From: an uncultured Candidatus Saccharibacteria bacterium | GTDB lineage: Bacteria; Patescibacteriota; Dojkabacteria; B142; JAFGMG01 | Assembly (NCBI GenBank): GCA_964391325.1 | Contig: CAYMJM010000003.1 | Location: 3,211-67,210 of the forward strand | Direction of reading: 5' to 3' | Length of the DNA: 64,000 bases | In this document: in pieces, positions 45,875 to 55,483 of the stretch | Layout: the number at the start of each line of letters is the position of its first letter | Position numbering within the stretch: the stretch's first letter is position 1 | Translations under genes and position numbers: made by a program | The notes under the pieces: model-generated | Seen by the model: the letters and a program-made list of their open reading frames with translations, nothing else | The model's database searches: none | What the model was told of the DNA's origin: nothing

Positions 45875-47671
45875 ATGAAACGTACAATTTCTAATGAGTT
45901 AAAAAATAAAGTTGGAAAAAAGGTTTTAGTAAAAGGATGGCTGCATTCTCTAAGAATGTTAGGAGCTGTCAATTTTCTGATGTTAAGAGATCGAGGGGGA
46001 TTTACTCAGGTGGTGATTGAATCTAGAGATGAGCTAAATAAAGTTAAGGATTTGCAGCCCGGCTCTGTTCTTGCTATAGAAGCAGAGGTACAGAAATCTC
46101 TAAAGACATCATTGGGGGTAGAATTAGTATCTCCCTCGATTGTCATCGAGGTCCCCGTTAAGTATCCTTTACCACTTGATATTTCCAAAAAAGAGTTAAG
46201 CGCCAATTTGGATACTATTTTGGACTATAGATCTTTGGTATTGAGAAATGAAAAACAAATGGCAATATTTAAAATCCAAGCATCTATAATTGAAGCCTTT
46301 GCTCACAGTATGAAGGCTCAGGGATTCACGAGGTTTGATTCGCCTGTTTTGATGGGATCTCCTTCTGAGAGCGGAGCTGATGTTTTTGAAGTAAAGTATT
46401 TTGGCGACAAGGCTTATTTAGCTCAAAGCCCTCAAATATATAAGCAGATTATGGTAGGAGTCTTTGAAAGAGTATACACAATAGCCAAGGTTTTTCGGGC
46501 AGAAAAGCACAATACGTCGAGACACTTGATGGAGATCACTCAGCTCGATGGAGAAATGGGGTTTATAGAAAATTACGATGAGGTATTAGAAGTGGTTGAA
46601 AAGGTCGTAAGAGATATATTTACATACCTGGAAATTAACAATCCCATAGAGATAGAAGTGCTTAGCATTCAATTGCCTCAGTTACCGGAAGGAGGGTTTC
46701 CTAGAATTAAAGTAAAAGAAGCTTTGACCTTGATAGAGCAAAGAACTGGCAAATCAGCCAACAGAGAAGAGTTGGATGTTGACCCCGAGGACGAAAGGGA
46801 GATTACAGAATGGGCTAAAGAAGAACACAATTCTGAGTTTGTTTGGCTGCTAAATTTTAAATCCAATAAGAATTTTTATACATTAGACAATCCAGAAGAC
46901 AAAGGTGAATCTTTTAGTTATGACCTGCTATGTAGGGGGTTGGAATGGCTATCTGGGACTCATAGAATCCACAACTATAGTACACTACTGGAAAGACTAA
47001 AAAATCAAGGGTTGCAGGAGGAGCATTACAGCCATTACTTACAGGCTTTCAAATATGGTATGCCTTCTGAAGCGGGTTTTTCTTTTGGACTGGAGCGGGT
47101 AACACAACAGATTGTAGGGCTAGACAATATACGTGAAGCTACGCTTTTTCCTTCTGATCAGAAAAGAATTGCAGGGGCTAGAATTAAGAGAAAAGTAGTA
47201 CATGGAGAGGAGGAAGTTATCCGAGCTATTAAAACAATGTTTGAGGAAAGCAATAAGGAGTATAGATTTTTTGAACATGAAGCAACTATAACTTCTCAGG
47301 ATGCTGCTCGAATTCGTGGAACGAATCCAGATGAGGGGGTAAAAGCTTTGATTCTCAGATCCAAAAAAGATGGTAGAAACATAATGCTATGCTTACAGGG
47401 CAGTAAGAAAATAGATATGGGTAAATTGAAAAATTTATTGGGAGAATCCTTTACCTTTGAAGAGGCAGATAAGATAAAGCAAAGGTATGGTTTAGAGATA
47501 GGAGGAATCCCTCCTTTTGGCAATATTTTGGGTTTGGAGACCTACTTTGATTCTTCTATATTAAATACAGAGTATGTTTCTTTTAATTGTGGAAGCAGAT
47601 ATAAGTCAATACGTACAAAGACAAATAATTTAGCTAAACTTGTGTCACCTCAAATAGTTGATGTAGTGTAG
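45875..47671 (+). CDS. aspS: Archaeal-type (probably non-discriminating) aspartate--tRNA ligase fused to a C-terminal YbaK/ProX domain
   Basis: AYLAQSPQIYKQ, FRAEKHNTSRH, YGMP..AGF.FGLER, no GAD insertion. C-terminal TSQDAARIRG...GVKAL...GGIPPFG. Confidence 0.92.
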   Translation: MKRTISNELKNKVGKKVLVKGWLHSLRMLGAVNFLMLRDRGGFTQVVIESRDELNKVKDLQPGSVLAIEAEVQKSLKTSLGVELVSPSIVIEVPVKYPLPLDISKKELSANLDTILDYRSLVLRNEKQMAIFKIQASIIEAFAHSMKAQGFTRFDSPVLMGSPSESGADVFEVKYFGDKAYLAQSPQIYKQIMVGVFERVYTIAKVFRAEKHNTSRHLMEITQLDGEMGFIENYDEVLEVVEKVVRDIFTYLEINNPIEIEVLSIQLPQLPEGGFPRIKVKEALTLIEQRTGKSANREELDVDPEDEREITEWAKEEHNSEFVWLLNFKSNKNFYTLDNPEDKGESFSYDLLCRGLEWLSGTHRIHNYSTLLERLKNQGLQEEHYSHYLQAFKYGMPSEAGFSFGLERVTQQIVGLDNIREATLFPSDQKRIAGARIKRKVVHGEEEVIRAIKTMFEESNKEYRFFEHEATITSQDAARIRGTNPDEGVKALILRSKKDGRNIMLCLQGSKKIDMGKLKNLLGESFTFEEADKIKQRYGLEIGGIPPFGNILGLETYFDSSILNTEYVSFNCGSRYKSIRTKTNNLAKLVSPQIVDVV

Positions 47672-47692
47672 TTGGAAATACTTTAATCTGAT

Positions 47693-47724
47693 AGAGCCCT
47701 GTTTTTTTTGCGGGGCTCTGTTTT
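47693..47724 (+). terminator. Intrinsic terminator after aspS
   Basis: AGAGCCCTG...CGGGGCTCT followed by GTTTT. Confidence 0.7.
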
Positions 47725-47738
47725 CGGGTATTATTCGG
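47723..47738 (+). promoter_or_regulatory. TTCGG-N6-TTCGG direct repeat upstream of the mraZ promoter
   Basis: TTCGG-GTATTA-TTCGG; same architecture occurs at dinB and rarA. Confidence 0.6.
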
Positions 47739-47775
47739 GTCTTTTGACTTGTCTGGAATATAGAAATATTTTATA

Positions 47776-47811
47776 GTGGTGACAAGTGGTGAATGGTGGT
47801 GAAAAGTAGGA
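47776..47811 (+). promoter_or_regulatory. MraZ-binding direct repeats
   Basis: GTGGTGA at 47776, 47786 and 47796 (10-bp period) plus GTAGGA at 47806, overlapping TTGTCT-17-TATAGT. Matches known GTGG(N) MraZ boxes. Confidence 0.85.
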
Positions 47812-47945
47812 TACTACAGTTTGTACTCTTAACTACTTTTCTGTTTAATAAACAGGCCTCATACCGGGTTGGACAACCGGTTACTTCAAAACTTCTGCAC
47901 CCGATTCACCACTTGTTTTAAAATGCTGCCCAGAAAGGCAGTCAT

Positions 47946-48377
47946 ATGTTAATAGGAGAATATAAAACTAAATTACAAGAAAAAAATAGGACAGCTATAC
48001 CAAAAAGATTTAGGGATGAACTGGAGGGACAACTAATAATAACTAGAGGATATGAAGGTTGTTTGATAGTTTTAGATAAAAGCAGATGGGAGAAGTTAAT
48101 AAGATTAATAGAGACTCGACCTTTAACAAATCAGGATGTTCGAAATACAAAAAGGTTTTTGGTAGGAGGGGCTGCGGAAATAGAATTTGATAAGCAAGGA
48201 AGATTTGTCTTACCGGATGTATTAGTAGAGTATGCGCACTTTGAAAATGAGTTAGTGTTCGTGGGAATAGAAAACTGGCTTGAGGTATGGGACCTGGAAA
48301 CGTGGCAAACTAAGATTGAGCAGATCACTGAGTCTGCAGCAGATATAGCTGATAGATTAAGTAGCATAGCATTATGA
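47946..48377 (+). CDS. mraZ: Division/cell wall cluster regulator MraZ
   Basis: IGEY, K.R.AIP, TRG.EGCL, DKQGR..LP, EVWD...W. Confidence 0.96.
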   Translation: MLIGEYKTKLQEKNRTAIPKRFRDELEGQLIITRGYEGCLIVLDKSRWEKLIRLIETRPLTNQDVRNTKRFLVGGAAEIEFDKQGRFVLPDVLVEYAHFENELVFVGIENWLEVWDLETWQTKIEQITESAADIADRLSSIAL

Positions 48378-49363
48378 ACAAAGTAACAAGGCACGTACCA
48401 GTTTTGCTAAAAGAAGTTCTTAGCACCATTTCTCCCGAGGCAGGAGGAGTGTATGTTGATGCTACCCTTGGTGGAGGAGGTCACTTTTTTTCTTTACTAA
48501 ATGCTATTCCCAAAAATACAAATCCAAGATCTGTATACATTGGTTTTGATCATGATGAGTCTGCAGTAAGGAGAATCATTAGGCAAATAGAAGTGGATTT
48601 CAAAGAGAGGTTTACTAATACTCGAGAGAATGTGTATGAGCTGACTACTCCAAGCAAGAGAGTTCTTCTAATAAACAAAAATTTTGAAACTTTAAGTGAA
48701 GAACTAGCTCTTAGTAAGATTTATAAAGTTGATGGGATTATCGCTGATTTAGGGACATCACAAGATCAGTTAGATGATTTGACAAGGGGATTCAGTTTTT
48801 TGGAGACGGGATCCTTGGATATGAGGATGGATAGTAAGTTGCAGATTAAGGCATCCGATTTATTAAAAATCTTGACACGACAGGAACTAATCAAGCTCTT
48901 TAATAATTTAGCTGACATAAAAGGGAAAGAAGGAGAATGGATTGTGGAGGAAATAATGAAAGCGAGAGAGCATGGAGACATTAAGACAACGGATGAATTG
49001 AAAAAAATAATTACCCGAGCTGTGCCTTTGAAAAGCGTTGGTTCGCGTACGAAAGGCATACGGAATAGACGTAACCTTGAGGCTAGAGTGTTTCAAGCTT
49101 TAAGAATTGCTGTTAATCATGAATTGGATTCATTACAGCAATTCCTGCCCCAAGCATTTGAAACACTCGAAGCCTTTGGTGTATTAGTGGTGATTTCTTT
49201 TCACTCTGGAGAGGACAGAATAGTGAAACACTATGTTAGATCTCTGGTAGAGCAGGAAGTAGCAGATTATGTCCATAAGTTAGTAAGACCAAGTATATCG
49301 GAGATCAAATATAATGCAAAAAGCTCTAGCGCAAGGCTTAGAGCTATCAGAAAAATTAAATAA
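48374..49363 (+). CDS. rsmH: 16S rRNA m4C1402 methyltransferase RsmH
   Basis: HVPVLL.E, DATLGGGGH, DLG.S..QLD...RGFSF, LDMRMD, FQALRIAVN.EL, ISFHS.EDR. Confidence 0.96.
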   Translation: MNKVTRHVPVLLKEVLSTISPEAGGVYVDATLGGGGHFFSLLNAIPKNTNPRSVYIGFDHDESAVRRIIRQIEVDFKERFTNTRENVYELTTPSKRVLLINKNFETLSEELALSKIYKVDGIIADLGTSQDQLDDLTRGFSFLETGSLDMRMDSKLQIKASDLLKILTRQELIKLFNNLADIKGKEGEWIVEEIMKAREHGDIKTTDELKKIITRAVPLKSVGSRTKGIRNRRNLEARVFQALRIAVNHELDSLQQFLPQAFETLEAFGVLVVISFHSGEDRIVKHYVRSLVEQEVADYVHKLVRPSISEIKYNAKSSSARLRAIRKIK

Positions 49364-49415
49364 AGCACTTTTAACTATTATTCTGGTTGATTATGCAATC
49401 AGCCGTAATTGCACA

Positions 49416-49745
49416 ATGAATAGACAAACAAAAAACAGAGCACAATCTGATTATATCCAAAGACAAATTTTTATAATAGCGGCAGTTTTACTGGTTGTTT
49501 TTATAGTCGCACAATTCATAGTACTTGACTTAGCTGGTATTCATGGGCCTCAAATTACCAGGTTAAGACAGGAGCAAAACGAATTAAAAGTTTCTAATGA
49601 ATTAAAGAGAGCGAAAATAAATGAATTGAACACCAGCAATGATATTAAAAGCTACGCTTCCCAAGATTTAGGGTTGGTGTCAACCCCGGTAACTACTTTG
49701 AAAGTAAAAGAAGATAATGTAACCGCATCTATTAATGGTAACTAA
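49416..49745 (+). CDS. ftsL: FtsL-like cell division protein
   Basis: Located between rsmH and ftsI; TM helix, coiled coil, then A..DLGL. Start placed at ATG 49416. Confidence 0.7.
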   Translation: MNRQTKNRAQSDYIQRQIFIIAAVLLVVFIVAQFIVLDLAGIHGPQITRLRQEQNELKVSNELKRAKINELNTSNDIKSYASQDLGLVSTPVTTLKVKEDNVTASINGN

Positions 49746-49789
49746 TTTAGACTGGAAGTTTTAGTGGTACAGTAATTTCAGCTATAGAT

Positions 49790-51562
49790 ATGAAAAGTTC
49801 TCTTGGTAAAGGAAAACTTAAAATATTATCCATAATATTCATAGTCTTCTTTTTGTTAAACTTGGGATTTTTGGTTAGATGGCAGGTTTTTAATCATGAG
49901 AAATTTGTTGCTTTGGCCAGAGAACGTATTATGGATAATAAGATACCTTCGATTAGAGGAGAAATTCTTGCTGCTGATGGTTCTTCTCTAGCTTACTCAG
50001 AGCCAAGATATAATGTGGTCGTATATAAGACTGAATTAGAATACGCTGAAGAGCATAGCAAACAGACTAGAGAAGAGTTTATTTCCAAAGTTGCTGGTGC
50101 TCTTGAAATAGAGAAAGAAGTATTGGAAGATAGAATTAATGTCGAAGGTAATTGGTTAGTTATAGAAAACAAAGTCTCTTATGAAGTAAAAGAACGCTTA
50201 TTGGAATTAAAAAGAGACAATGCTCCAGACAAGACATTGGACGGTATCAGATTAGAGTATACTTCTCAAAGAATTTATCCTGAAGGCGCTATGGCTTGCC
50301 ACGTTATCGGCTTCCTGGGAAAGAATGATCTAGGGGAAGATTTAGGAAGGGCTGGGTTGGAGCATTACTGGGAGGGATTACTAAAGGAGCAGGTTGGTTT
50401 TGATAATACTGAAGTAGACAGTTTCGGCAATATTATTGCCTTAGATAATGTCAATAATGTTGAAGCTAGAAGGGGAGCAACAATTTACACGACCATTGAT
50501 AAAAATCTACAGAGCATAGCTGATAGAGAAATACAAAAAGCAGTGGAAAAGTATAATGCAAAATCAGGAAGTGTAATAATTATGGATCCCAAAACAGGTA
50601 AAGTTATGGCACTATCTAATTACCCAAGCTTTAATCCCAATGAGTATCAAAAGGTACAAGATTCTATGTCGTTCAAGAATGTGGCAATTACGGATCCGGC
50701 AGAACTAGGTTCTGTAGGCAAGGCTTTTACTATGGCTGCAGCTTTAGACTTGGATAAGATTGAGCCAGATACAGTTGTGATTAAGGGACACAAGGGCTGC
50801 ACAACTGTAGAGGAGGCAGAGAGGGAGTGGGAAATCTGTACTTATGATAAAAAATCCCAGCCGGCGATGACAACGACACAAGCATTGGTTAAGTCTGATA
50901 ACCTAGCTCTCTATGAAATTTCCAAATTAATTGGACAACAAGATTTACAGGATTATTTACAAAGATTTGGTATTGGAACCCGGACAGATATTGATATCTC
51001 AGGGGAATCTAATGGTGTTTTAAAAGATGTGTCACAATGGACAAATGTTGATACAGCCACGTATTCATTTGGTCATGGTTATCAGATGACACAATTGCAG
51101 GCGATAACTGGGATAGCGGCAATTGCAAATGGAGGGGAGCTTGTCAGACCTTATATTGTATCAAAGGTTGAAGAATCTAATGGAGATACAAAAGATTATG
51201 GGCCGGTGGTTGTCAGACGAGTAATACGTCAAACTACAGCGGATAAGTTGACTAATATGTTGTATGAAGTTTATAAATCTAACATACCTGAGTATCAATA
51301 TAAAGATTTATCAAAATACAAAATAGCTATGAAATCCGGAACTGCAACCATCCCTTATAAAGACAGAGCGGGTTATTCAAAAGAGATAAATGCTTCTTAT
51401 ATTGGATTTGACGCTTCGGATAAGTCTACTTTTATAATGTTAGTAAAACTGGAAGAACCAAAAGCAGTGGAGAGACTCTCTTTTTATAGTGCGAGGGTTG
51501 TATGGCTTGACATTTTCATCCAGGTAAAAGATTATTTAGGAGTACCTGAAATCGGCGGTTAA
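49790..51562 (+). CDS. ftsI: Class B penicillin-binding protein (FtsI/PBP3-like)
   Basis: RGEI, RIYP, G..GLE, TID, catalytic SVGK, SDN, KSGT. Confidence 0.9.
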   Translation: MKSSLGKGKLKILSIIFIVFFLLNLGFLVRWQVFNHEKFVALARERIMDNKIPSIRGEILAADGSSLAYSEPRYNVVVYKTELEYAEEHSKQTREEFISKVAGALEIEKEVLEDRINVEGNWLVIENKVSYEVKERLLELKRDNAPDKTLDGIRLEYTSQRIYPEGAMACHVIGFLGKNDLGEDLGRAGLEHYWEGLLKEQVGFDNTEVDSFGNIIALDNVNNVEARRGATIYTTIDKNLQSIADREIQKAVEKYNAKSGSVIIMDPKTGKVMALSNYPSFNPNEYQKVQDSMSFKNVAITDPAELGSVGKAFTMAAALDLDKIEPDTVVIKGHKGCTTVEEAEREWEICTYDKKSQPAMTTTQALVKSDNLALYEISKLIGQQDLQDYLQRFGIGTRTDIDISGESNGVLKDVSQWTNVDTATYSFGHGYQMTQLQAITGIAAIANGGELVRPYIVSKVEESNGDTKDYGPVVVRRVIRQTTADKLTNMLYEVYKSNIPEYQYKDLSKYKIAMKSGTATIPYKDRAGYSKEINASYIGFDASDKSTFIMLVKLEEPKAVERLSFYSARVVWLDIFIQVKDYLGVPEIGG

Positions 51563-51574
51563 GCTCATGTCATC

Positions 51575-52741
51575 ATGACTAAGAAAGAGTATTTATCATG
51601 GCTTGCGAACATCTTTTATTGGTATACCAGATATTTGAGTAATCGTTCCGCAGCAAAAGAAGCCAGATTATCCAGTCAAAATTTTCTCTCTAGGCATAGG
51701 AAGGTTTTCGAACGTATTGAGATAGGATGTTCCTTGTCGCCAGAAGAGTTAGTGGCGAAGGGTTTCGACACAAAAGATATTATAAAGATAATTGATTTTA
51801 TATACGACTCCCTAGGGATTAGAGACGTAAGATTTGGGATACGGTGGAGCGAAGCAGTAAATGCCAAAGGTGAAGTGGACTTGAGCTTTTATAAGCCTTA
51901 TTTAAAACATTTACTGTCGGGGAAATTCTCAATTTGTTTGAATGTAGGGCCAATTAAAACTTTTCGTTGGCCGGAGCAGCATGTGCCCCAACAAATACTA
52001 AGATCGCTTAAAGATTTACCTGACAAAGGCACATGCTTAGAGCAGAAAGATCCCCTAATAGAATATGCCTTAGATTATTTACGGAACTTGGTTGAGAGCT
52101 TGAAGCAAAATTTTTCTGCGCAAGAGCTCAATTATGTTACATGTATTCAGCCCGAAAATGAACCACTAAAGCAGTTCGGAGAATATGGATGGTTGTTAAA
52201 CCCGGAATATTTGAAAAATCTCATTCTATATTTTCATAAAGTTTTTCCTAATCGTAGTTACATGTTAAGTAGTTCTGGATGCTTACAAGCTACAAAAATA
52301 CAAACCATTTTTAGTGAAATAATTAGAAATGTTTCTACTCTATTCAGTCAGTTGGTTATGGGAATAAACTATTATTATGAGTTTCCCGGAAAGTCTACTT
52401 TACCAGTTTTTAAAGAGTTTGATGATATTCTCTTTTCCCAGAAGAAAAGAAACTTATGTAAAGAGAATATAGAGTTTTCTGAGAGTATTGGCTACAAAAT
52501 CGAAGTTGCAGAAGCACAAATGGAAGGATGGGGTACAAATATTCAAACCCCTGGCAATTCAATAAGAGAATTTCGATATGTTATTTTAAGATGTGCAAGT
52601 CACTTATTGAATCTAAAACAAGTTATGTCTATTATTAGAGTATGGGGAATAGAAAATCTTGCAGTGGCTTGGATACGGGGTAATTTGAATAAAGACCAGA
52701 AAAAGATAATTTATTTAATAAAAGAGATTAATAATATATAG
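51575..52741 (+). CDS. Glycoside hydrolase-like TIM-barrel protein (clan GH-A-like)
   Basis: VR..IRW, G.KTFRWPE.H.P, QPENEP (acid/base), VAEAQMEGW (nucleophile), VWG.E. Confidence 0.65.
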   Translation: MTKKEYLSWLANIFYWYTRYLSNRSAAKEARLSSQNFLSRHRKVFERIEIGCSLSPEELVAKGFDTKDIIKIIDFIYDSLGIRDVRFGIRWSEAVNAKGEVDLSFYKPYLKHLLSGKFSICLNVGPIKTFRWPEQHVPQQILRSLKDLPDKGTCLEQKDPLIEYALDYLRNLVESLKQNFSAQELNYVTCIQPENEPLKQFGEYGWLLNPEYLKNLILYFHKVFPNRSYMLSSSGCLQATKIQTIFSEIIRNVSTLFSQLVMGINYYYEFPGKSTLPVFKEFDDILFSQKKRNLCKENIEFSESIGYKIEVAEAQMEGWGTNIQTPGNSIREFRYVILRCASHLLNLKQVMSIIRVWGIENLAVAWIRGNLNKDQKKIIYLIKEINNI

Positions 52742-52823
52742 TATAAAGCAATTGGTGATGTTATATTGAAAGTAGCGTTAGTAGATTACCGTTCTCTAGT
52801 TACTAATTTTTATATACATTGTA

Positions 52824-54107
52824 ATGTCTTCTTATAAAGTCGTAGGCGGTAGGCCTTTGAAAGGAACAATTACTCCTATGGGTAATAAAAATGCCGCATT
52901 GCCCATAATCGCTGCAACTATGCTCACAAGCGAGAAAGTAACACTGACGAATGTTCCTGATATCTCTGACGTGAGAATACAATTTAAGATTTTAAAGAAG
53001 TTAGGGGTAGATGTAGAATACAATCGTCAGGCAAACAAAGCAGTAATTCATGCCAAGAAGCTTAAGACTACTAAACTTGACAAGCAGGATGTATTAAAAA
53101 CTAGAGGTTCCATTTTATTTTTAGGACCGTTAATTGCACGGGCAGGGAAAGCGACACTGTGGTCAACTGGTGGCTGTAGCTTAGGGAAAAGACCAGTTGA
53201 TAGTTATTTCCAGGCAATATCAAAGCTGGGAGCTAAAGTCCGCTACGAAGGAGATTCTTTTGTCGTGGATGCGCCTAAATTAAAGGGAACGAAAGTATGG
53301 CAGGCTGAAAAAGCTGTAACAGGAACAGAGAATTTAATCATGGCTGCAGTTCTGGCAAAAGGGACTACTGAAATTATTAATGCAGCATCCGAACCACATG
53401 TTCAAGATTTATGTAACATGCTAAATTCAATGGGTGCTAAAATCACAGGGGTAGGAAGCGATAGATTACTTATTGAAGGGGTAGAAATACTATATGGCAC
53501 AGAACATAGGATAAATAATGACTTCATGGAGGTTGGGACATTTATTACAGCTGCTGTAGTTACAGGTGGAAGTCTCCGTATAGAGAATGCCATGCCGGAA
53601 TACATGGATATGATACTTAATGAGTTTGCAAAATTTGGAGTGAAAACGAAGTGGGATGGCGATACTCTTGTAGTTTCTGACAATCAAAGTCTTAAAACTA
53701 AGGCTTGCTTAGATGGGTCAATGAACAAAGTAGAGTGCCTGCCGTGGCCAGGCTTCCCTCCTGACTTACTGCAGTTTATGATTGTTTTGGCAACTCAAAG
53801 CAGTGGAAGAATTTTGATACATGACAAATTATATGAAGGCAGGCTGTTTTATACCTCAGAATTAAACAACATGGGGGCTGACATATTTCTTTCAGACCCA
53901 CATAGGTTAATTGTTTTTGGTAAAACCCCCCTTAGAGGTAAAGTGCTTAAATCTCCCGATATCCGTGCAGGAATGTCTTTGCTGGTAGCCGCTTTATGTG
54001 CTAGAGGAGAAAGCATAATTGAGCGGGGAGAAATCATTGAGAGAGGATATAGTAATATTGAGGAACGATTTAAAAGTCTAGGGGCTAATATAGAGAGGCT
54101 AGACTAA
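52824..54107 (+). CDS. murA: UDP-N-acetylglucosamine 1-carboxyvinyltransferase
   Basis: KNAALP, GGCSLGKRP, VTGTEN, AASEP, PWPGFP.DL, PDIRAG, RGY. Confidence 0.97.
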   Translation: MSSYKVVGGRPLKGTITPMGNKNAALPIIAATMLTSEKVTLTNVPDISDVRIQFKILKKLGVDVEYNRQANKAVIHAKKLKTTKLDKQDVLKTRGSILFLGPLIARAGKATLWSTGGCSLGKRPVDSYFQAISKLGAKVRYEGDSFVVDAPKLKGTKVWQAEKAVTGTENLIMAAVLAKGTTEIINAASEPHVQDLCNMLNSMGAKITGVGSDRLLIEGVEILYGTEHRINNDFMEVGTFITAAVVTGGSLRIENAMPEYMDMILNEFAKFGVKTKWDGDTLVVSDNQSLKTKACLDGSMNKVECLPWPGFPPDLLQFMIVLATQSSGRILIHDKLYEGRLFYTSELNNMGADIFLSDPHRLIVFGKTPLRGKVLKSPDIRAGMSLLVAALCARGESIIERGEIIERGYSNIEERFKSLGANIERLD

Positions 54108-54153
54108 TTATCTGAGATGACATTCTTCTTGATATTTGCTATAAATAGAACAG

Positions 54154-54930
54154 ATGAACATTCCTAGAAAAATTTTAAAACAAGTTTTGACAGTATTGTC
54201 TAGATGGGCTATTGCCAAGCATGACATGGAATTGATTGTAGTTACGGGCTTTTATGGAACAGAAATTGTAAGAGAAGGGATATACGAGCTTTTGAGTGAG
54301 ACTTATACTGTCAGAAGGAACACTACTCAAATCGTGTGGGATATGTCAATTCCCCTAGCTGTATTAGGTTATCCAGATAAGAAGAGAAATTTATTTCAAT
54401 GGATCGGTTTGATTATCCGGGCTACGGCGTATTTGGCAATTGGAGGTAAAAATCCCCATAAATTGATCCTCAATGCTAACTGTACATTTGAGGAAACAGC
54501 ACATTTTTGGGCTGCGTTTTTGAGGCCGGATTATCTGATAGTTTTAAACTATGACAAAGATTCAAAAATCGTTGATGCTTTAGTGGGAAGATTAAAACCA
54601 GAAAAAAGTATTTTAATCTATGACAAGGATAATGTTGACTTTGAAAAATTAAACAAAGCAAAATATAAAGATACTTTTGTTTATGGGAAAAACAAGGTTG
54701 CTTTAGTTTACAACGTTCAGCTTCGGGAAATAACCTATAAGGAAGAAGTCTTAAAGATCCCTGATGCCGTTCCAAAAGTTACGATACCTCATATTGCAGC
54801 TATTTTTGCTGTGGTCATTAAGCAGGGAATACAATTCTCTGAAGCTGGATTTGGCGCTCTTAAATTTGATATGGGTGCTCTTTTAGTTAAGCGGATTAAA
54901 GCCAACTTTGAAAAAGCAGGAACTAACTAA
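54154..54930 (+). CDS. Degenerate Mur-ligase (MurF-like) central-domain protein
   Basis: IVVTGFYGTEIVREGIYELL in place of ITGS.GKT.TKE.I..VL; IPLAVLG; LRPD...V.N; no C-terminal domain. Confidence 0.6.
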   Translation: MNIPRKILKQVLTVLSRWAIAKHDMELIVVTGFYGTEIVREGIYELLSETYTVRRNTTQIVWDMSIPLAVLGYPDKKRNLFQWIGLIIRATAYLAIGGKNPHKLILNANCTFEETAHFWAAFLRPDYLIVLNYDKDSKIVDALVGRLKPEKSILIYDKDNVDFEKLNKAKYKDTFVYGKNKVALVYNVQLREITYKEEVLKIPDAVPKVTIPHIAAIFAVVIKQGIQFSEAGFGALKFDMGALLVKRIKANFEKAGTN

Positions 54931-55477
54931 AAAACAGCAAAAGGTGATTTTTTCCAAAGATAAAATTACCAAAAAGGATTTTGATACTTTGTATGAAATA
55001 TACTATAAGAAAGTATATGATTTTACTTTGAAGCGTGTTTCGGATTCACATATAGCTGAAGATCTAACAAGCTCCATTTTTGAGAAAATCGTAAAGTCTA
55101 TAGATGACTTCCAGTGGCAAGGCATTACGATAAGTGCATGGATTTTTAGGATAGCGAGGAATAGAATTATTGATTATTATCGTAAGAGCAACAAGTATAA
55201 AGGGAATGTCTCTTTGGAAGAGGTTTCCAACTTTATAGAATCAAAAGTACAGAGTACTATGGAGATAATGATTGATGATGAAATACAGATTAAGCTTTAT
55301 AACGCAATACGAGAATTCAGGGATGAAGATCAATATTTAATTTATTATAAATACTTCGAGGGGTTAAATAATAAAAAGATAGCGGAAATGATGAAGATGT
55401 CTGAGACAAATATTGGGACAAGGTTACATAGAATACGGAAAAAGCTAAGAAAGTATTTGCAAGAAACAGAAAATTAA
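54908..55477 (+). CDS. ECF (sigma-70 group 4) RNA polymerase sigma factor
   Basis: F..LYE.YY, AEDLTS..F, WIFRIARN.IIDYYR, EIA.MM..SE.NI..RLHR. Confidence 0.92.
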   Translation: MKKQELTKKQQKVIFSKDKITKKDFDTLYEIYYKKVYDFTLKRVSDSHIAEDLTSSIFEKIVKSIDDFQWQGITISAWIFRIARNRIIDYYRKSNKYKGNVSLEEVSNFIESKVQSTMEIMIDDEIQIKLYNAIREFRDEDQYLIYYKYFEGLNNKKIAEMMKMSETNIGTRLHRIRKKLRKYLQETEN

Positions 55478-55483
55478 ATCATC

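Noticed and set aside
47776-47811. GTGGTGA repeats as a CRISPR array or iterons
   Set aside because: The units are 7 bp with a 10-bp period and are explained as MraZ boxes; no spacers, cas or rep genes.
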